Shown: positions 38,250 through 48,200 of the stretch, one piece after another | Numbering within the stretch: the stretch's first letter is position 1 | Layout of the letters: each line of letters begins with the position of its first letter | Assembly: GCA_965204535.1 (NCBI GenBank) | Contig: CBDBEV010000001.1 | Coordinates: 1,792,001 to 1,856,000, forward strand | DNA: 64,000 nt | Direction: 5' to 3' | Origin: a bacterium | GTDB lineage: Bacteria; UBA8248 | Notes under the pieces: model-generated | What the model saw: the letters and a program-made list of their open reading frames with translations, nothing else | Database searches by the model: none | What the model was told of the DNA's origin: nothing | Made by a program: the position numbers and the translations under genes

Positions 38250-39389
38250 ATGGATTTCGCTCCCGCAGAGGCCGCTCTCGCGCTTCAGGGTCTGGCGCGC
38301 GATTTCGCGCGGCAGGAGGTCGCTCCGCACACCGACGCGCTCGATGAGGAAAAAAACCCGGAAAACCGCTTTCCCGCGGACATTCTGGAAAAAGGCGCCG
38401 CCTTGGGTCTGCGCACCCTCCCCATACCGGAAGCCCGGGGCGGAGGAGGCGCGGACCTGTTGAGTCTCTGCTTCGTGGCGGAGGAGATCGGCTGGGGGGA
38501 TTTGGGCGTCGGCGTCATCTACGCGCAGGATTGGGCGCTCATAAACGCCGTATCCCGCCTGTGGGGCGAGGCGGGCTTCGCGGCGAATTTCACGCAAGAT
38601 CACCCGCTCCATCTGGCTCACCTGAAAATCGGTGAAACGGCTGCGACCGAGGATAAAAGCCCGTATCCGTCCGATGCGCGCCAGGGCGCATCCATCGAAA
38701 AAAACGGCGAGGACTTACGTCTTAACGGCGGTGCAGGGCATGTGCTGAACGGCGCGGCGGCCGGGCTGTATCTGCTGGAATCAAGTCCCGCGGATGAGAC
38801 TGGCAGGCAAGTTTGTCTCGTTAAAAACGACGAGACCGCAGGAATCACGGTCACCGGTTACCATGATTCGATGGGGATGCGCTCCTGCCAGGACGTCGAC
38901 CTGCGCTTCGAAGACGTGAAGCTCGGCCATCCGCTCGATTGCGCGGAAGGGAAGTGGAGGAACGCTACGCACGCCGTCCGCATCCTCCCGGCGGCGGCGG
39001 CGGTCGGAACGTCGAGAAAATCGCATGAGCACGCGCTCGACCACGCTCGCGAGCGCGTACAGGGGGGAAAACCCATCATCGAGCACCAGACGGTGGGCTA
39101 CATGCTTTGTGATAACCTGATGGAACTCGACGCCGCCAGAAGAAGCCTGCAGGCGGCGGCCTGGGCGGCGGAACGAGGCGGGGACGCGGAACCCTGGCGG
39201 AGTTTTCTCGCAAAAGCCTTCGCGGCGGAATCTTGCGAGCGCGTCGCGCGGCGTTCGATGGAGGTCTGGGGCGGCGCGGGCTACATGACCGAAGCGCCGA
39301 TGGAGCGTCTGACGCGCGACCTCGTGGCTTTCTCCCACGGGTTCGGCGTGGGCCACGCCGCGCGCTCCGCCGCGATGGGCCTGCTATAG
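38250..39389 (+). CDS. Acyl-CoA dehydrogenase family protein 2 (degenerate FAD-binding motif)
   Basis: EEIGWGD, RVQGGKPIIEHQ, VWGGAGYMTEAPMERLTRD; no TEPxxGSD. Confidence 0.8.
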   Translation: MDFAPAEAALALQGLARDFARQEVAPHTDALDEEKNPENRFPADILEKGAALGLRTLPIPEARGGGGADLLSLCFVAEEIGWGDLGVGVIYAQDWALINAVSRLWGEAGFAANFTQDHPLHLAHLKIGETAATEDKSPYPSDARQGASIEKNGEDLRLNGGAGHVLNGAAAGLYLLESSPADETGRQVCLVKNDETAGITVTGYHDSMGMRSCQDVDLRFEDVKLGHPLDCAEGKWRNATHAVRILPAAAAVGTSRKSHEHALDHARERVQGGKPIIEHQTVGYMLCDNLMELDAARRSLQAAAWAAERGGDAEPWRSFLAKAFAAESCERVARRSMEVWGGAGYMTEAPMERLTRDLVAFSHGFGVGHAARSAAMGLL

Positions 39390-39408
39390 ATGACTCGTGG
39401 ACAAAACG

Positions 39409-40335
39409 ATGGAGGGTGTGGAATTGAGTGAGAGAATCGCATACGTCAAGGGCCGGTTCGTGCCGGAATCAGAAGCGACCGTGTCCATTCTGGACCGGGG
39501 CTTCCTCTACGGCGACGGCGTGTACGACGCATCGCGCACCTTCGGCGGCCAGCCCTGGCATCTGAGGGCGCACATCGACAGGCTCTATCTGTCTTGCCGC
39601 TACGCGCGGCTCGACCCCGGCATGAACACGGACGAGATGGAAGCCCTCACGATGGAGCTCATCGAGCGGAACCGGGGCGTATACGCCGAGGGGGAGGAGT
39701 TCCGCATCAACCACTGGGTGACGCGCGGCGGCGGCGTCAGTTCCGCCGCGACCCATACGCACGGGGCGCACACGGTGGTCATCTTCACCCTGCCGATGGA
39801 CTATACGCGCTACGCCCACGGCTACAGGGAGGGCGTGCCTTCGGTCGTCACCGGCGTGCGCCGCATTCCGCCCGAGTGCATCGAACCGCGCGCCAAGGTG
39901 GGCAACAAGATGAACCACGTGCAGGCCGATTTCCAGGCCGCCGAGGCGGGCGCGTGGCCCATCATGCTCGACACGAGCGGCTTCGTGGCCGAAGGGTCGA
40001 GCTACAACTGCTTTTTCGTGAGAGACGGCGAAATCCTGACGCCCACGGATTACAACTGCCTGGTCGGCGTTACGCGCACCCACGTCATCGACATGGCGAA
40101 AGAACTCGGCATCCCGGTCCGCGAAACCAACCTGACGCGCTACGACCTGCTGATCGCAGACGAGGCCTTCCACACCGGAAACAGCATCTGCATCCTCCCG
40201 GTATCTTCCATCGACGGAACCAAGATGACGCACGGCGCGCCCGGCCCCGTCACCAAGCGCCTCATGGACCTGTGGGCGAGCCAGGTGGGCTGCGACTGGG
40301 CGGCAAAATCCCTCGCCGCTATCGAAGGCTGTTGA
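39409..40335 (+). CDS. Class IV (branched-chain/D-amino acid type) aminotransferase
   Basis: DRGFLYGDGVYD, HIDRL, RAKVGN, AEGSSYNCF, LVGVTR, ADEAF, PGPVT. Confidence 0.9.
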   Translation: MEGVELSERIAYVKGRFVPESEATVSILDRGFLYGDGVYDASRTFGGQPWHLRAHIDRLYLSCRYARLDPGMNTDEMEALTMELIERNRGVYAEGEEFRINHWVTRGGGVSSAATHTHGAHTVVIFTLPMDYTRYAHGYREGVPSVVTGVRRIPPECIEPRAKVGNKMNHVQADFQAAEAGAWPIMLDTSGFVAEGSSYNCFFVRDGEILTPTDYNCLVGVTRTHVIDMAKELGIPVRETNLTRYDLLIADEAFHTGNSICILPVSSIDGTKMTHGAPGPVTKRLMDLWASQVGCDWAAKSLAAIEGC

Positions 40336-40540
40336 AACACCCTGATTCGCGAGAATTTTACTCGTCCAGTGAAAGAGCGATTGCGGGTTTCGTTATCGTA
40401 GGGGCGGGCCCCCGTGCCCGCCCGATGCGATGTCTCCGCTTGAAATCGTGGTGATGGATTCGGTGATTGTCCAAGACGGACAGGCACGGGGGCCTGTCCC
40501 TACGCATTCGGTGATTGCGTTTTTCGTTCGTCATTCCGGC
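40326..40540. repeat. IS-end-like sequence plus GTAG-type palindromes
   Basis: AGGCTGTTGAAACACCC overlaps the aminotransferase stop; GTAGGGGCGGGCCCCCGTGCCCGCCC ... GGACAGGCACGGGGGCCTGTCCCTAC. Confidence 0.7.
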
Positions 40541-40647
40541 CCCTTCCTATAGTCATTTGCCGACATTCCCGCTATATTGCTCACCATCAATCACAAATGT
40601 TCGCGTTTCCGCATCGCGTGCGGAGATTCTCCCGGGAGGAAACTCTC

Positions 40648-41682
40648 ATGAAGGCCATGGTGCTGAGGGAAAAAGGAGCGCCCTTTTCCTTTGAAGACGT
40701 GCCCGACCCCGCCCCCGGAGAGGGCGAAGCCGTAGCCCGCGTCATCGCCTGCGGCTCGGGCCTCACGATCCACCATGCGCGCGCGGGCCGCGCGGAGATC
40801 GACTACCCCATGATCATCGGCCACGAGGTGGTGGGCGAGATCGTCGAGACGGGCGCCGGGGTATCGAACGTGAAGGCGGGCGACATCGTCACTTTCCACT
40901 GCTATCTCACGTGCGGTCACTGCCGCTGGTGCCGGGTGAACAGGGAACCCATTTGCGACAACATGGCCGGCTTCATCGGCAGGCACCGAGACGGCGGCTA
41001 TGCCGAATACATCAACCTCCCCGCACAGAATTACGTCCACGTGCCGGAAAGTCTGGACTACAAGGCGCATCCCGCCGAGGTGGCCGTCATCTGCGACGCC
41101 ATCGTCACCCCTTATAAAGTGGTGCGCCACGCGCGGATCGAGCCGATGGAGACCGTCGCCGTCATCGGGGCGGGCGGGGGCGTGGGGATCCACATGGTGA
41201 TGCTCGCCCGCTGGGCGAACGCGCGCGTCATCGCCGTGGACATTTCCGAGCAAAAACTGGCCCAGTGCAAGGAACTCGGGGCGGAGGCCACCGTCGACGC
41301 CTCGAAGGACGACGTGACGGAGGCGCTGCTCGAACTCACGGGCGGCCTGGGCGTGAACGTGGCGATTGATTTCGTCTCCCAGGACACCACGCTCGAAGCC
41401 GCCGCCGAAGCGCTCGACAAGGGCGGCCGCCTGGTGACGCTGGGCGGCTTCACGCCCAAGCCGTTTCGCCTCTCCGCCGGGAGCCTCCTGAACGGGGAGC
41501 TGGAAGTCATGGGCAGCCGCTCGTTCACCAAGCAGGAGATCATCGAATCTCTCGAGCTTTGCGCGCGCGGAGAGGTCTGGCCCCTGGTCACGGAAACCTA
41601 CCGGCTCGAAGAGGCCGAAAAAGTGCACGAGCGCCTGGAGGCGGGCGCGATTACGGGCCGCGCGGCGATCGTGATGGACTGA
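40648..41682 (+). CDS. Zinc-binding alcohol dehydrogenase (MDR)
   Basis: IGHEVVG, CGHCRWC..NREPIC structural Zn site, GAGGGVG. Confidence 0.9.
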   Translation: MKAMVLREKGAPFSFEDVPDPAPGEGEAVARVIACGSGLTIHHARAGRAEIDYPMIIGHEVVGEIVETGAGVSNVKAGDIVTFHCYLTCGHCRWCRVNREPICDNMAGFIGRHRDGGYAEYINLPAQNYVHVPESLDYKAHPAEVAVICDAIVTPYKVVRHARIEPMETVAVIGAGGGVGIHMVMLARWANARVIAVDISEQKLAQCKELGAEATVDASKDDVTEALLELTGGLGVNVAIDFVSQDTTLEAAAEALDKGGRLVTLGGFTPKPFRLSAGSLLNGELEVMGSRSFTKQEIIESLELCARGEVWPLVTETYRLEEAEKVHERLEAGAITGRAAIVMD

Positions 41683-41712
41683 GCGAATTTTCTCCTAACC
41701 TAAAGGCGAGCG

Positions 41713-42888
41713 ATGGATTTCACCCTTACGGAAAGACAGCTTGAACTGCAGAAACTGGCGCACGACTACGCCAGAGATGAACTCAAGCCCCACGTACGCG
41801 AGCGCGAGCGGATCACCGACCCCGCCGAGCGGTTCCCCTGGGATGTTCTCGAGACCGGGAGCAGGCTGGGCTTGAGGACGCTTTCCATCCCCGAAGAGAT
41901 AGGCGGAGGAGGGGCCGATATACTCACGCTTTGCATCGTGGGCGAGGAGATCGGATGGGGGGATCTGGGCGTGGCCGTCACCTTCGATCAGACCTGGAAG
42001 ATCATTCATTTCCTCGACATCGTCTGGAACGAGGCGCAGCGCGCGAAATTCCTGCCCGCGTTTCTGGAGGATCACCGCTTCCACCTCGCCGTCGGCATGA
42101 CGGAGCCGGAGGTGGGTTCCGAGAACTTCATCCCCGAAGAAGGCCCCGAACTCGGCGTCCGCACGAGTGCGGTGCGGGACGGGGATGACTGGATCATCAA
42201 CGGCAAGAAGCACTACATCAGCAACGGCGGGGTCGCCAAGCTCTACGTGCTCGTCTGCCGCACCGACCCCACTGTCGGCGTCTCGCAGGGGGTCACCTAC
42301 TTCATGGTGACGCCGGACATGGCGGGGTTTTCCATCGGGAAGATCCACGAGAAGATGGGCCAGCAGCTCTCCCAGAACGCGGAACTCATTTTCGAGAACT
42401 GCCGCGTTTCCGATGAGTACCGCGTCACGGCGATAGGCGGGGGCGTGGCGGCCCGCTCGGGCCCGTTTTCGAGAGGCTCGGTCATCGAATCCGCCGCCAC
42501 GAACCTGGGCCCCGCCCGCGCCGCCTATGAGGACGCGCTCGAATTCGCCAAGACGAGAATCCAGGGCGGAAAACCCATCATCGAGCACCAGGGCGTGGGC
42601 TTCATGCTGGCGGACTGCTTCGTCGAGTACGAGGCGTCGCGGCAGATGCTCCACTACGCCGCCTGGCGGGCGATGCGCGAAAACTACGACCCCAAGCTCG
42701 GCTACATGGCCAAGGCGTACACTTCGGAAGCCGGCTTCCGGATCGCCACGCGCGCACTCGAGGTCTGGGGCGGGACGGGCTACATGACGGAAGCGCCGAT
42801 GGAGAAATACCTGCGCGACGTCATCAGCTTCCTCCACTCGGCGGGCACCAACCAGGCGCAGCGGATCCGCACCATGAAGTATCTATAA
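41713..42888 (+). CDS. Acyl-CoA dehydrogenase family protein 3
   Basis: GMTEPEVGSE, NGKKHYISNG, KMGQ, RIQGGKPIIEHQ, WGGTGYM. Confidence 0.9.
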   Translation: MDFTLTERQLELQKLAHDYARDELKPHVRERERITDPAERFPWDVLETGSRLGLRTLSIPEEIGGGGADILTLCIVGEEIGWGDLGVAVTFDQTWKIIHFLDIVWNEAQRAKFLPAFLEDHRFHLAVGMTEPEVGSENFIPEEGPELGVRTSAVRDGDDWIINGKKHYISNGGVAKLYVLVCRTDPTVGVSQGVTYFMVTPDMAGFSIGKIHEKMGQQLSQNAELIFENCRVSDEYRVTAIGGGVAARSGPFSRGSVIESAATNLGPARAAYEDALEFAKTRIQGGKPIIEHQGVGFMLADCFVEYEASRQMLHYAAWRAMRENYDPKLGYMAKAYTSEAGFRIATRALEVWGGTGYMTEAPMEKYLRDVISFLHSAGTNQAQRIRTMKYL

Positions 42889-42959
42889 CCGGGCAACGCA
42901 ATTTTGCATCGTCATTCCCATTCTCTTGGGGGCGGGAGCCCCGAAAGGCAAGGTGCAGC

Positions 42960-44003
42960 ATGAACAAGAAGATCGCCGTACTCGGCGCAGGCGCCATCGG
43001 CGGCAGCGTGTCCGCTGACCTGACCGACGCCGGCCTCGACGTCACCGTCATCGACCAATGGCCCGAGCACGTGGAGGTGATGCGCGAGAAGGGCCTCCAC
43101 GTCCAGATGCCGGACCTCGACCTCAAAACGCCGCCCTTGCGCGCGCACCACCTGTGCGAACTGGCCTCGCTCCGGACGACCTTCGACATCGTCCTCCTCA
43201 TCGTCAAATCCTACGACACGCGGTGGATGTGCGAACTCATCAAGCCTTATCTCAAGAGCGACGGCATATTCGTCGGGGCGCAGAACAGCATGAACAACGA
43301 GGTGATCGCGTCGGTCATCGGGCGCGAGCGCGTGGTGGGCTGCTGCGTGGAGCTCTCGGCGGAGATTTTCACGCCCGGCTTCATCCAGCGGAACACGCCG
43401 CGCAAGGGCACCTGGTTCGCCGTGGGGGAGCTGGACGGCTCGGTCACCCCGCGCGCGGAAGAGGTGCGCGACATCTTCTCCCACGTCGCCGTCACCGAAC
43501 TGAGCACGAACATCGAGGGCACCAAGTGGACGAAGCTCATCGCCAACTGCATGACCATGGGGCCCTTCGGCCTGCTGGGACTCAAGAACGCCGAGACGAA
43601 GGAGCTGCCGGGCGTCATCGACCTTTCTGTCGGACTCGGCAAAGAGGCGATGGTGGTGGGCGAAGCGCTGGGCTACGGGGTGGAGCCGGTGTTCGGCCTC
43701 TCGTCGGATGATTTCGCGGGTTCTGACGATCAGGTGCTCGTCACGGCCATGAAGACGCTGCTCGGCCACGTGGGCCCCCGTTCGCGCACCGCACCGATTC
43801 AGGATCACATCAAGGGCCGGAAGAGCGAGATGGAATACATCAACGGCCTCGTGTCGCGCAGGGCGAGAGAACTCGGCATCCCCACCCCGTTCAACGACGC
43901 GGTGACAGAGATCGCGCGGATGATCGACGACGGGGAAATCGAGATGGGACGCCCGAACTACGAGCTTCTCCAGGCGAGAATCGCAGAATCCGTCCAGGGC
44001 TGA
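42960..44003 (+). CDS. Ketopantoate reductase (ApbA/PanE) family protein
   Basis: GAGAIGG, VKSYDT, QNS, WTKLIAN, QD..KGRKSEMEYING. Confidence 0.88.
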   Translation: MNKKIAVLGAGAIGGSVSADLTDAGLDVTVIDQWPEHVEVMREKGLHVQMPDLDLKTPPLRAHHLCELASLRTTFDIVLLIVKSYDTRWMCELIKPYLKSDGIFVGAQNSMNNEVIASVIGRERVVGCCVELSAEIFTPGFIQRNTPRKGTWFAVGELDGSVTPRAEEVRDIFSHVAVTELSTNIEGTKWTKLIANCMTMGPFGLLGLKNAETKELPGVIDLSVGLGKEAMVVGEALGYGVEPVFGLSSDDFAGSDDQVLVTAMKTLLGHVGPRSRTAPIQDHIKGRKSEMEYINGLVSRRARELGIPTPFNDAVTEIARMIDDGEIEMGRPNYELLQARIAESVQG

Positions 44004-44027
44004 ACACCTGCCGCTGTAAGTAAGAGG

Positions 44028-44402
44028 ATGCCCGCCATGCCCTTCTACCGCTGGGACGACATGAAAAAGCGCAACGTCGTCTCCACCACGGATTCCGAGG
44101 GAAGCATGATCCTCGGCGCGTTCACCACCCTGACGCGCCAGGAGCAGCCGCCCGGCAAGGCGACCCGTCCGCACAGCCACGGCTGCGAGCAAATCATCCA
44201 CATTTTAGAGGGCGTCGGCCGGTTCCGCGTCGGAGAAGAAGAAAAGACCCTTGGACCTGGCGAGGTGGTTCACATCCTCCTGGGCGTGGAGCATGAACTC
44301 AAAAATCCGGGGCCGGACGTTCTCGTCTATCTTTCTTTCAAGAACCGATCCGGAGACTGGCCGCCGAAAGAAGCGCTCGCAAGCGAGGCGGTTGGAGAAT
44401 GA
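44028..44402 (+). CDS. Cupin domain protein
   Basis: PHSHGCEQIIHILEG ... GVEH. Confidence 0.85.
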   Translation: MPAMPFYRWDDMKKRNVVSTTDSEGSMILGAFTTLTRQEQPPGKATRPHSHGCEQIIHILEGVGRFRVGEEEKTLGPGEVVHILLGVEHELKNPGPDVLVYLSFKNRSGDWPPKEALASEAVGE

Positions 44403-44448
44403 CCCGCAGAACCGGACTGAATAAAATTTTCAGGGGGAGAAAACAGCC

Positions 44449-45603
44449 ATGATCGATCCTTTCCGCATGTCCGCCGTGCCGCGCGTGCGCTTCGGCAGAG
44501 GCGAGGCCGCCTCAATCGGCGCCGAGGCGAAGCGTCTGGAAATGGCACGGCCCATGCTGCTCGCGGACCCGGGGCTTTCTGCGGCCGGCGTGCTCGACTC
44601 CGTTACGGAGGGCCTCGATAAGGCGGGCGTCCAATACCGCCTGTATGAAGACGTGGAGCCCAACCCCTCGGACCCGAGCATCACGCGCGCGCAGGCGTTT
44701 TATGAGGCGAACGAATGTTCCGGAATCATCGCCGTGGGCGGGGGAAGCGCCATCGACACCGCCAAGGCGATGGGGGCGCTCCTTGCGAACGGCGGGAAGA
44801 TAAGCGATTACTACGGCGCGGACACGGTGGAAAAATCCATTCCGCCCTTCATCACCGTCCCGACCACGGCGGGCACGGGCAGCGAGGTGACGCGCGCCTC
44901 CATCATCACCGACATCGAGCGCGGCACCAAATCGAGCATCCACTCAGACGCGCTCTACGCCGACGTGGCGGTGGTGGATTCCTCCCTCCTCGCCACGCTG
45001 CCCAAATTCTTCGCCGCGGGCGCGCTCATGGACGCCCTGACCCACGCAGTGGAATCGCTCGGCTCCCCGCGCGCGAACCCCTGGTCGCAGGCGCTCTGCT
45101 TCCAGGCAATCGGCTTGATCGGCCGGAACGCGCGGCGCTTCGTCGCCGACCCCGCAGACCCCGGCGCCGCCGACCCGCTTGCGCTGGCGGCATGTCTCGC
45201 GGGCGCTTCTTTCACCAATACCGGGCTGGGCATCGTGCACGGACTCACCCACCCGGTCTTCAACTTCTTCGGCGGCCACCACGGCACCACGAACGGAATA
45301 CTCCTCGCCCCCGTGATGCGCTTCAACCTGCCCGCCATGCGCGAGACCTACGCCCGGCTGGCCCCGCTTCTGGCGAACCCAGGCGAAGGAGCGGACGACA
45401 CGCTGGACCCGGAACTCGCCATTGCCCGCGTACGCGCCCTGGCGGACGACATCGACATCCCCGAATCGCTCGCGGCCATCGGCGCGAAAGCGGAGTATCT
45501 CGACCGCATGGCGCACGAGGCGGCCGCCAGCACCACGGTGGCGACGAACCCCGTGCCCGCCGACGCGGAAGACATGAAGCGGATTTATCTGGAGTTGATG
45601 TAG
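44449..45603 (+). CDS. Iron-containing alcohol dehydrogenase
   Basis: GGGSAIDTAK, PTTAGTGSEVT, DALTHAVE, GIVHG..H...HHG. Confidence 0.92.
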   Translation: MIDPFRMSAVPRVRFGRGEAASIGAEAKRLEMARPMLLADPGLSAAGVLDSVTEGLDKAGVQYRLYEDVEPNPSDPSITRAQAFYEANECSGIIAVGGGSAIDTAKAMGALLANGGKISDYYGADTVEKSIPPFITVPTTAGTGSEVTRASIITDIERGTKSSIHSDALYADVAVVDSSLLATLPKFFAAGALMDALTHAVESLGSPRANPWSQALCFQAIGLIGRNARRFVADPADPGAADPLALAACLAGASFTNTGLGIVHGLTHPVFNFFGGHHGTTNGILLAPVMRFNLPAMRETYARLAPLLANPGEGADDTLDPELAIARVRALADDIDIPESLAAIGAKAEYLDRMAHEAAASTTVATNPVPADAEDMKRIYLELM

Positions 45604-45616
45604 GCTGCCCGGCGGA

Positions 45617-46237
45617 TCACGGAACCCACCTGCGCGCTTCTTCCCGGATCGCCCGCGCCTTTTCGGTTCCTTCCATCACCAGGTTCGCTGACGGGGGGCT
45701 GCCGCTGAATTTCTCGTTGCGCCAGCAGTGATAGCGCAGCGCCCTGGGATAGGGCGTCAGATCCATCTCCTGGAAGTAGGACGCCGGCACCTCGCCGGGC
45801 TTGTGGGGGTCCATCCTGTCTTTCTCGTAAATCATCGTGCGCTTGATGACGCGCCACCGCCCGTCCCTGCGCTCGAACAGATCCACCACGCTGCTCCACG
45901 TCGAGAAGTCGAAATCGTAACCGTCCATCGTCCGCCTCTGGTGGAGCGTGAGGTAATACTCGCAAACCCCGCGCTCCCCATCCACGCGGACGCGCACGTT
46001 GCCCGCAATGTGTTTCTGGGTGTCGTCGGGGTGATGGCCCTGCATCATGTCGCGCGATTCGGTGATGAACGCATGCGCGTTGCCCATGAACCAGGAGGTG
46101 GTGATGTCCGCATCCGGGTGAAAGCAATCCAGCAGACCCTCCCAGTCGCCCGAATCCCGGCAGTCGTGCGAGAACATGGAGACCTCCATCATCTCGAGCT
46201 TGTCCGCCGCCGCGCGCAGTCTCGCTTCATCACTCAT
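45617..46237 (-). CDS. SnoaL-like / NTF2-family protein
   Basis: RDSGDWEGL..CFHPDA.ITTSWF.G, DLFERRDGRWRV..R..IYEKDR. Confidence 0.8.
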   Translation of the reverse strand: MSDEARLRAAADKLEMMEVSMFSHDCRDSGDWEGLLDCFHPDADITTSWFMGNAHAFITESRDMMQGHHPDDTQKHIAGNVRVRVDGERGVCEYYLTLHQRRTMDGYDFDFSTWSSVVDLFERRDGRWRVIKRTMIYEKDRMDPHKPGEVPASYFQEMDLTPYPRALRYHCWRNEKFSGSPPSANLVMEGTEKARAIREEARRWVP

Positions 46238-46298
46238 TTCATCCGTCTCCTCTCGCGAGCCCACGCCCGCAGTTCGTTTTTCCGTCTATGTATCACGG

Positions 46299-48086
46299 TT
46301 ATAAAACGGTTCGCGAGCCGATCGCAGGCTCCCCGTGTCCCAGGCCGGGCAACTCCCAAGCGCCCGCGCCGCCGGGATTTTCCTCTCCCTGGATGTTCGC
46401 GTCGATCACGTAGGGACGCCCGGCCTTCACCGCCGCATCCACGGCCTCGCTCAAATCGGCCGCCCTGTCCACCCGCACGCCCGCGACGCCCGCCGATTCG
46501 GCCATGGCGGCGAAGTCGGGATTGTAGGGCCTGGCGGAGGCGTGCTCCTGGAAATCGGTGGCGAGTTCGCGGCCGCCCAGATAGCCGCGCTGAAGCCCCC
46601 GGATGGAAGCGAACGCGTAGTTGTTCCAGACGACCCAGACGGCGGGAATGTCGTATTCCACCGCCGTGGTGATGGCGCTCAGGTGCATGGCGAAAGCGCC
46701 GTCCCCGCACACCGAGACGCAGGGTCTCTCCGGCGCGGCCAGCTTGGCCCCCAGCACGCCCGCGACCCCAAACCCCATCGCGCCGAACCCCATCGAGCCG
46801 ATGAGCGATTGCGGCCCCTTGGGGCGGCAATACTGGATCAGCCAGTTGTGGTGGATGCCGACGTCGCTGACGATGACGGCGTCATCGGGCAGGGCCTTGT
46901 CGATCTCATAAGCCGCCCGCTGGGGGTGGATGGGCTCGGTGTCCTCGCGGTAGCCGGGCGCGGTGAACTCCTCCCACTCGTTCCGCCAGCCGTCGATCCG
47001 GCGGAGCCACGCCTCCCGCGCTTCCGGGATTTCCGCGTCCTCCTCCGCGCCGAGCGCCTCATTCACCTGATCGAGAAATACATCCACGTCCGCCATCAAT
47101 CCCAAGGCCACGGGGTAGTTCCGCGCGATCTCCTCGGGATCGATATCCACGTGAATCAGCTTCGTGGGCGGGATGTTGAACGAATAGCCGGGCAGCCAGC
47201 TGCTGGAGGTGCGATCGTCGAAGCGAACGCCGAGCGCGAGCAGAACGTCGGCCTGGCGCGCGGCGTGGTTCGCCGGGTAGGTCCCGTTTCTGGCGATGAG
47301 GCCCAGCGCCAGGGGATGCTGCGCGTCGATCGCCCCCATCCCGCTCGATGAGCACGCGACCGGGATTTTCAGCTTCTCGGCGAGCGCCACCATCTTCGCG
47401 GCCGCGCCCGCGTATTTCACGCCCTGGCCCACGAGAATCACGGGCCGTTCGGCGGAGGCGAGCATCCGGACAGCCCTTTTCACGCCCGCCAGGTCTGCCC
47501 CGCAGCGGCAGGAGATGTTCGCGTTCCACTCCGATGCCTGGGGCATTTCGACCTCGGCCTCTTCCTTGAAGATGTCGAAAGGCACGTCGAGCACGACGGG
47601 GCCGCGCCTGCCCGTCATCATCGTCTTCCACGCCTGGCGCGTGAACTGCGGCACCATCTCCGCCCGCGTGGGCTGGTACACCCGCTTGCAGTAAGCCTGC
47701 ACGGTGGAAGGGAAATCCGCCTGGTAGTGGCGGTAGGTTTCCTGGAACGCGCCCCGGTTGAACTGGTTGGTGGGTATGTTTCCCGTCACGGCCAGAAAGG
47801 GGACCGAATCGAAAAAAGCGTTGGCGAGAGAGATCGGCATGTTCGCCGAACCCGGCCCACAAGAGGTGAACGTCGCCACCGGCCTGCCCGCCACCCGGTA
47901 ATATACGTCGGCCATGAAGCCGGAGAGCGATTCGTGGCGCACCGAGAGCGTCTTGATCTCGTCGGCGCGCTCATGGAGCGCGTCCAGAAAGCTGATGTTC
48001 CCGTGGCCGCACAGGCCGAAGACGTAGGGAACCTCTTCCTGAATGAGGTAATCGACGATGATCTGGCCACCATTCATGCGGGTCAA
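46299..48086 (-). CDS. Thiamine pyrophosphate-binding protein
   Basis: FGLCGHGN, RHE, TSCGPGSAN, GRRGPVVLDVP, CGDGAF...WNN. Confidence 0.9.
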   Translation of the reverse strand: MTRMNGGQIIVDYLIQEEVPYVFGLCGHGNISFLDALHERADEIKTLSVRHESLSGFMADVYYRVAGRPVATFTSCGPGSANMPISLANAFFDSVPFLAVTGNIPTNQFNRGAFQETYRHYQADFPSTVQAYCKRVYQPTRAEMVPQFTRQAWKTMMTGRRGPVVLDVPFDIFKEEAEVEMPQASEWNANISCRCGADLAGVKRAVRMLASAERPVILVGQGVKYAGAAAKMVALAEKLKIPVACSSSGMGAIDAQHPLALGLIARNGTYPANHAARQADVLLALGVRFDDRTSSSWLPGYSFNIPPTKLIHVDIDPEEIARNYPVALGLMADVDVFLDQVNEALGAEEDAEIPEAREAWLRRIDGWRNEWEEFTAPGYREDTEPIHPQRAAYEIDKALPDDAVIVSDVGIHHNWLIQYCRPKGPQSLIGSMGFGAMGFGVAGVLGAKLAAPERPCVSVCGDGAFAMHLSAITTAVEYDIPAVWVVWNNYAFASIRGLQRGYLGGRELATDFQEHASARPYNPDFAAMAESAGVAGVRVDRAADLSEAVDAAVKAGRPYVIDANIQGEENPGGAGAWELPGLGHGEPAIGSRTVL

Positions 48087-48200
48087 AACATGGCTCCTTG
48101 TAAATAGCAAGGGATATAATCAGCGGCGCATCAAGCAGAATCACCCAATGGCGATACAGGATAATACCAAGACATCGGACGAGAACAGGAACGCCCCGAG

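Noticed and set aside
40324-40335. C-terminal Gly-Cys-TGA resembling a GCU selenocysteine tail
   Set aside because: The sequence is part of an IS-end-like motif, no SECIS-like hairpin was seen, and the family is not redox-active.
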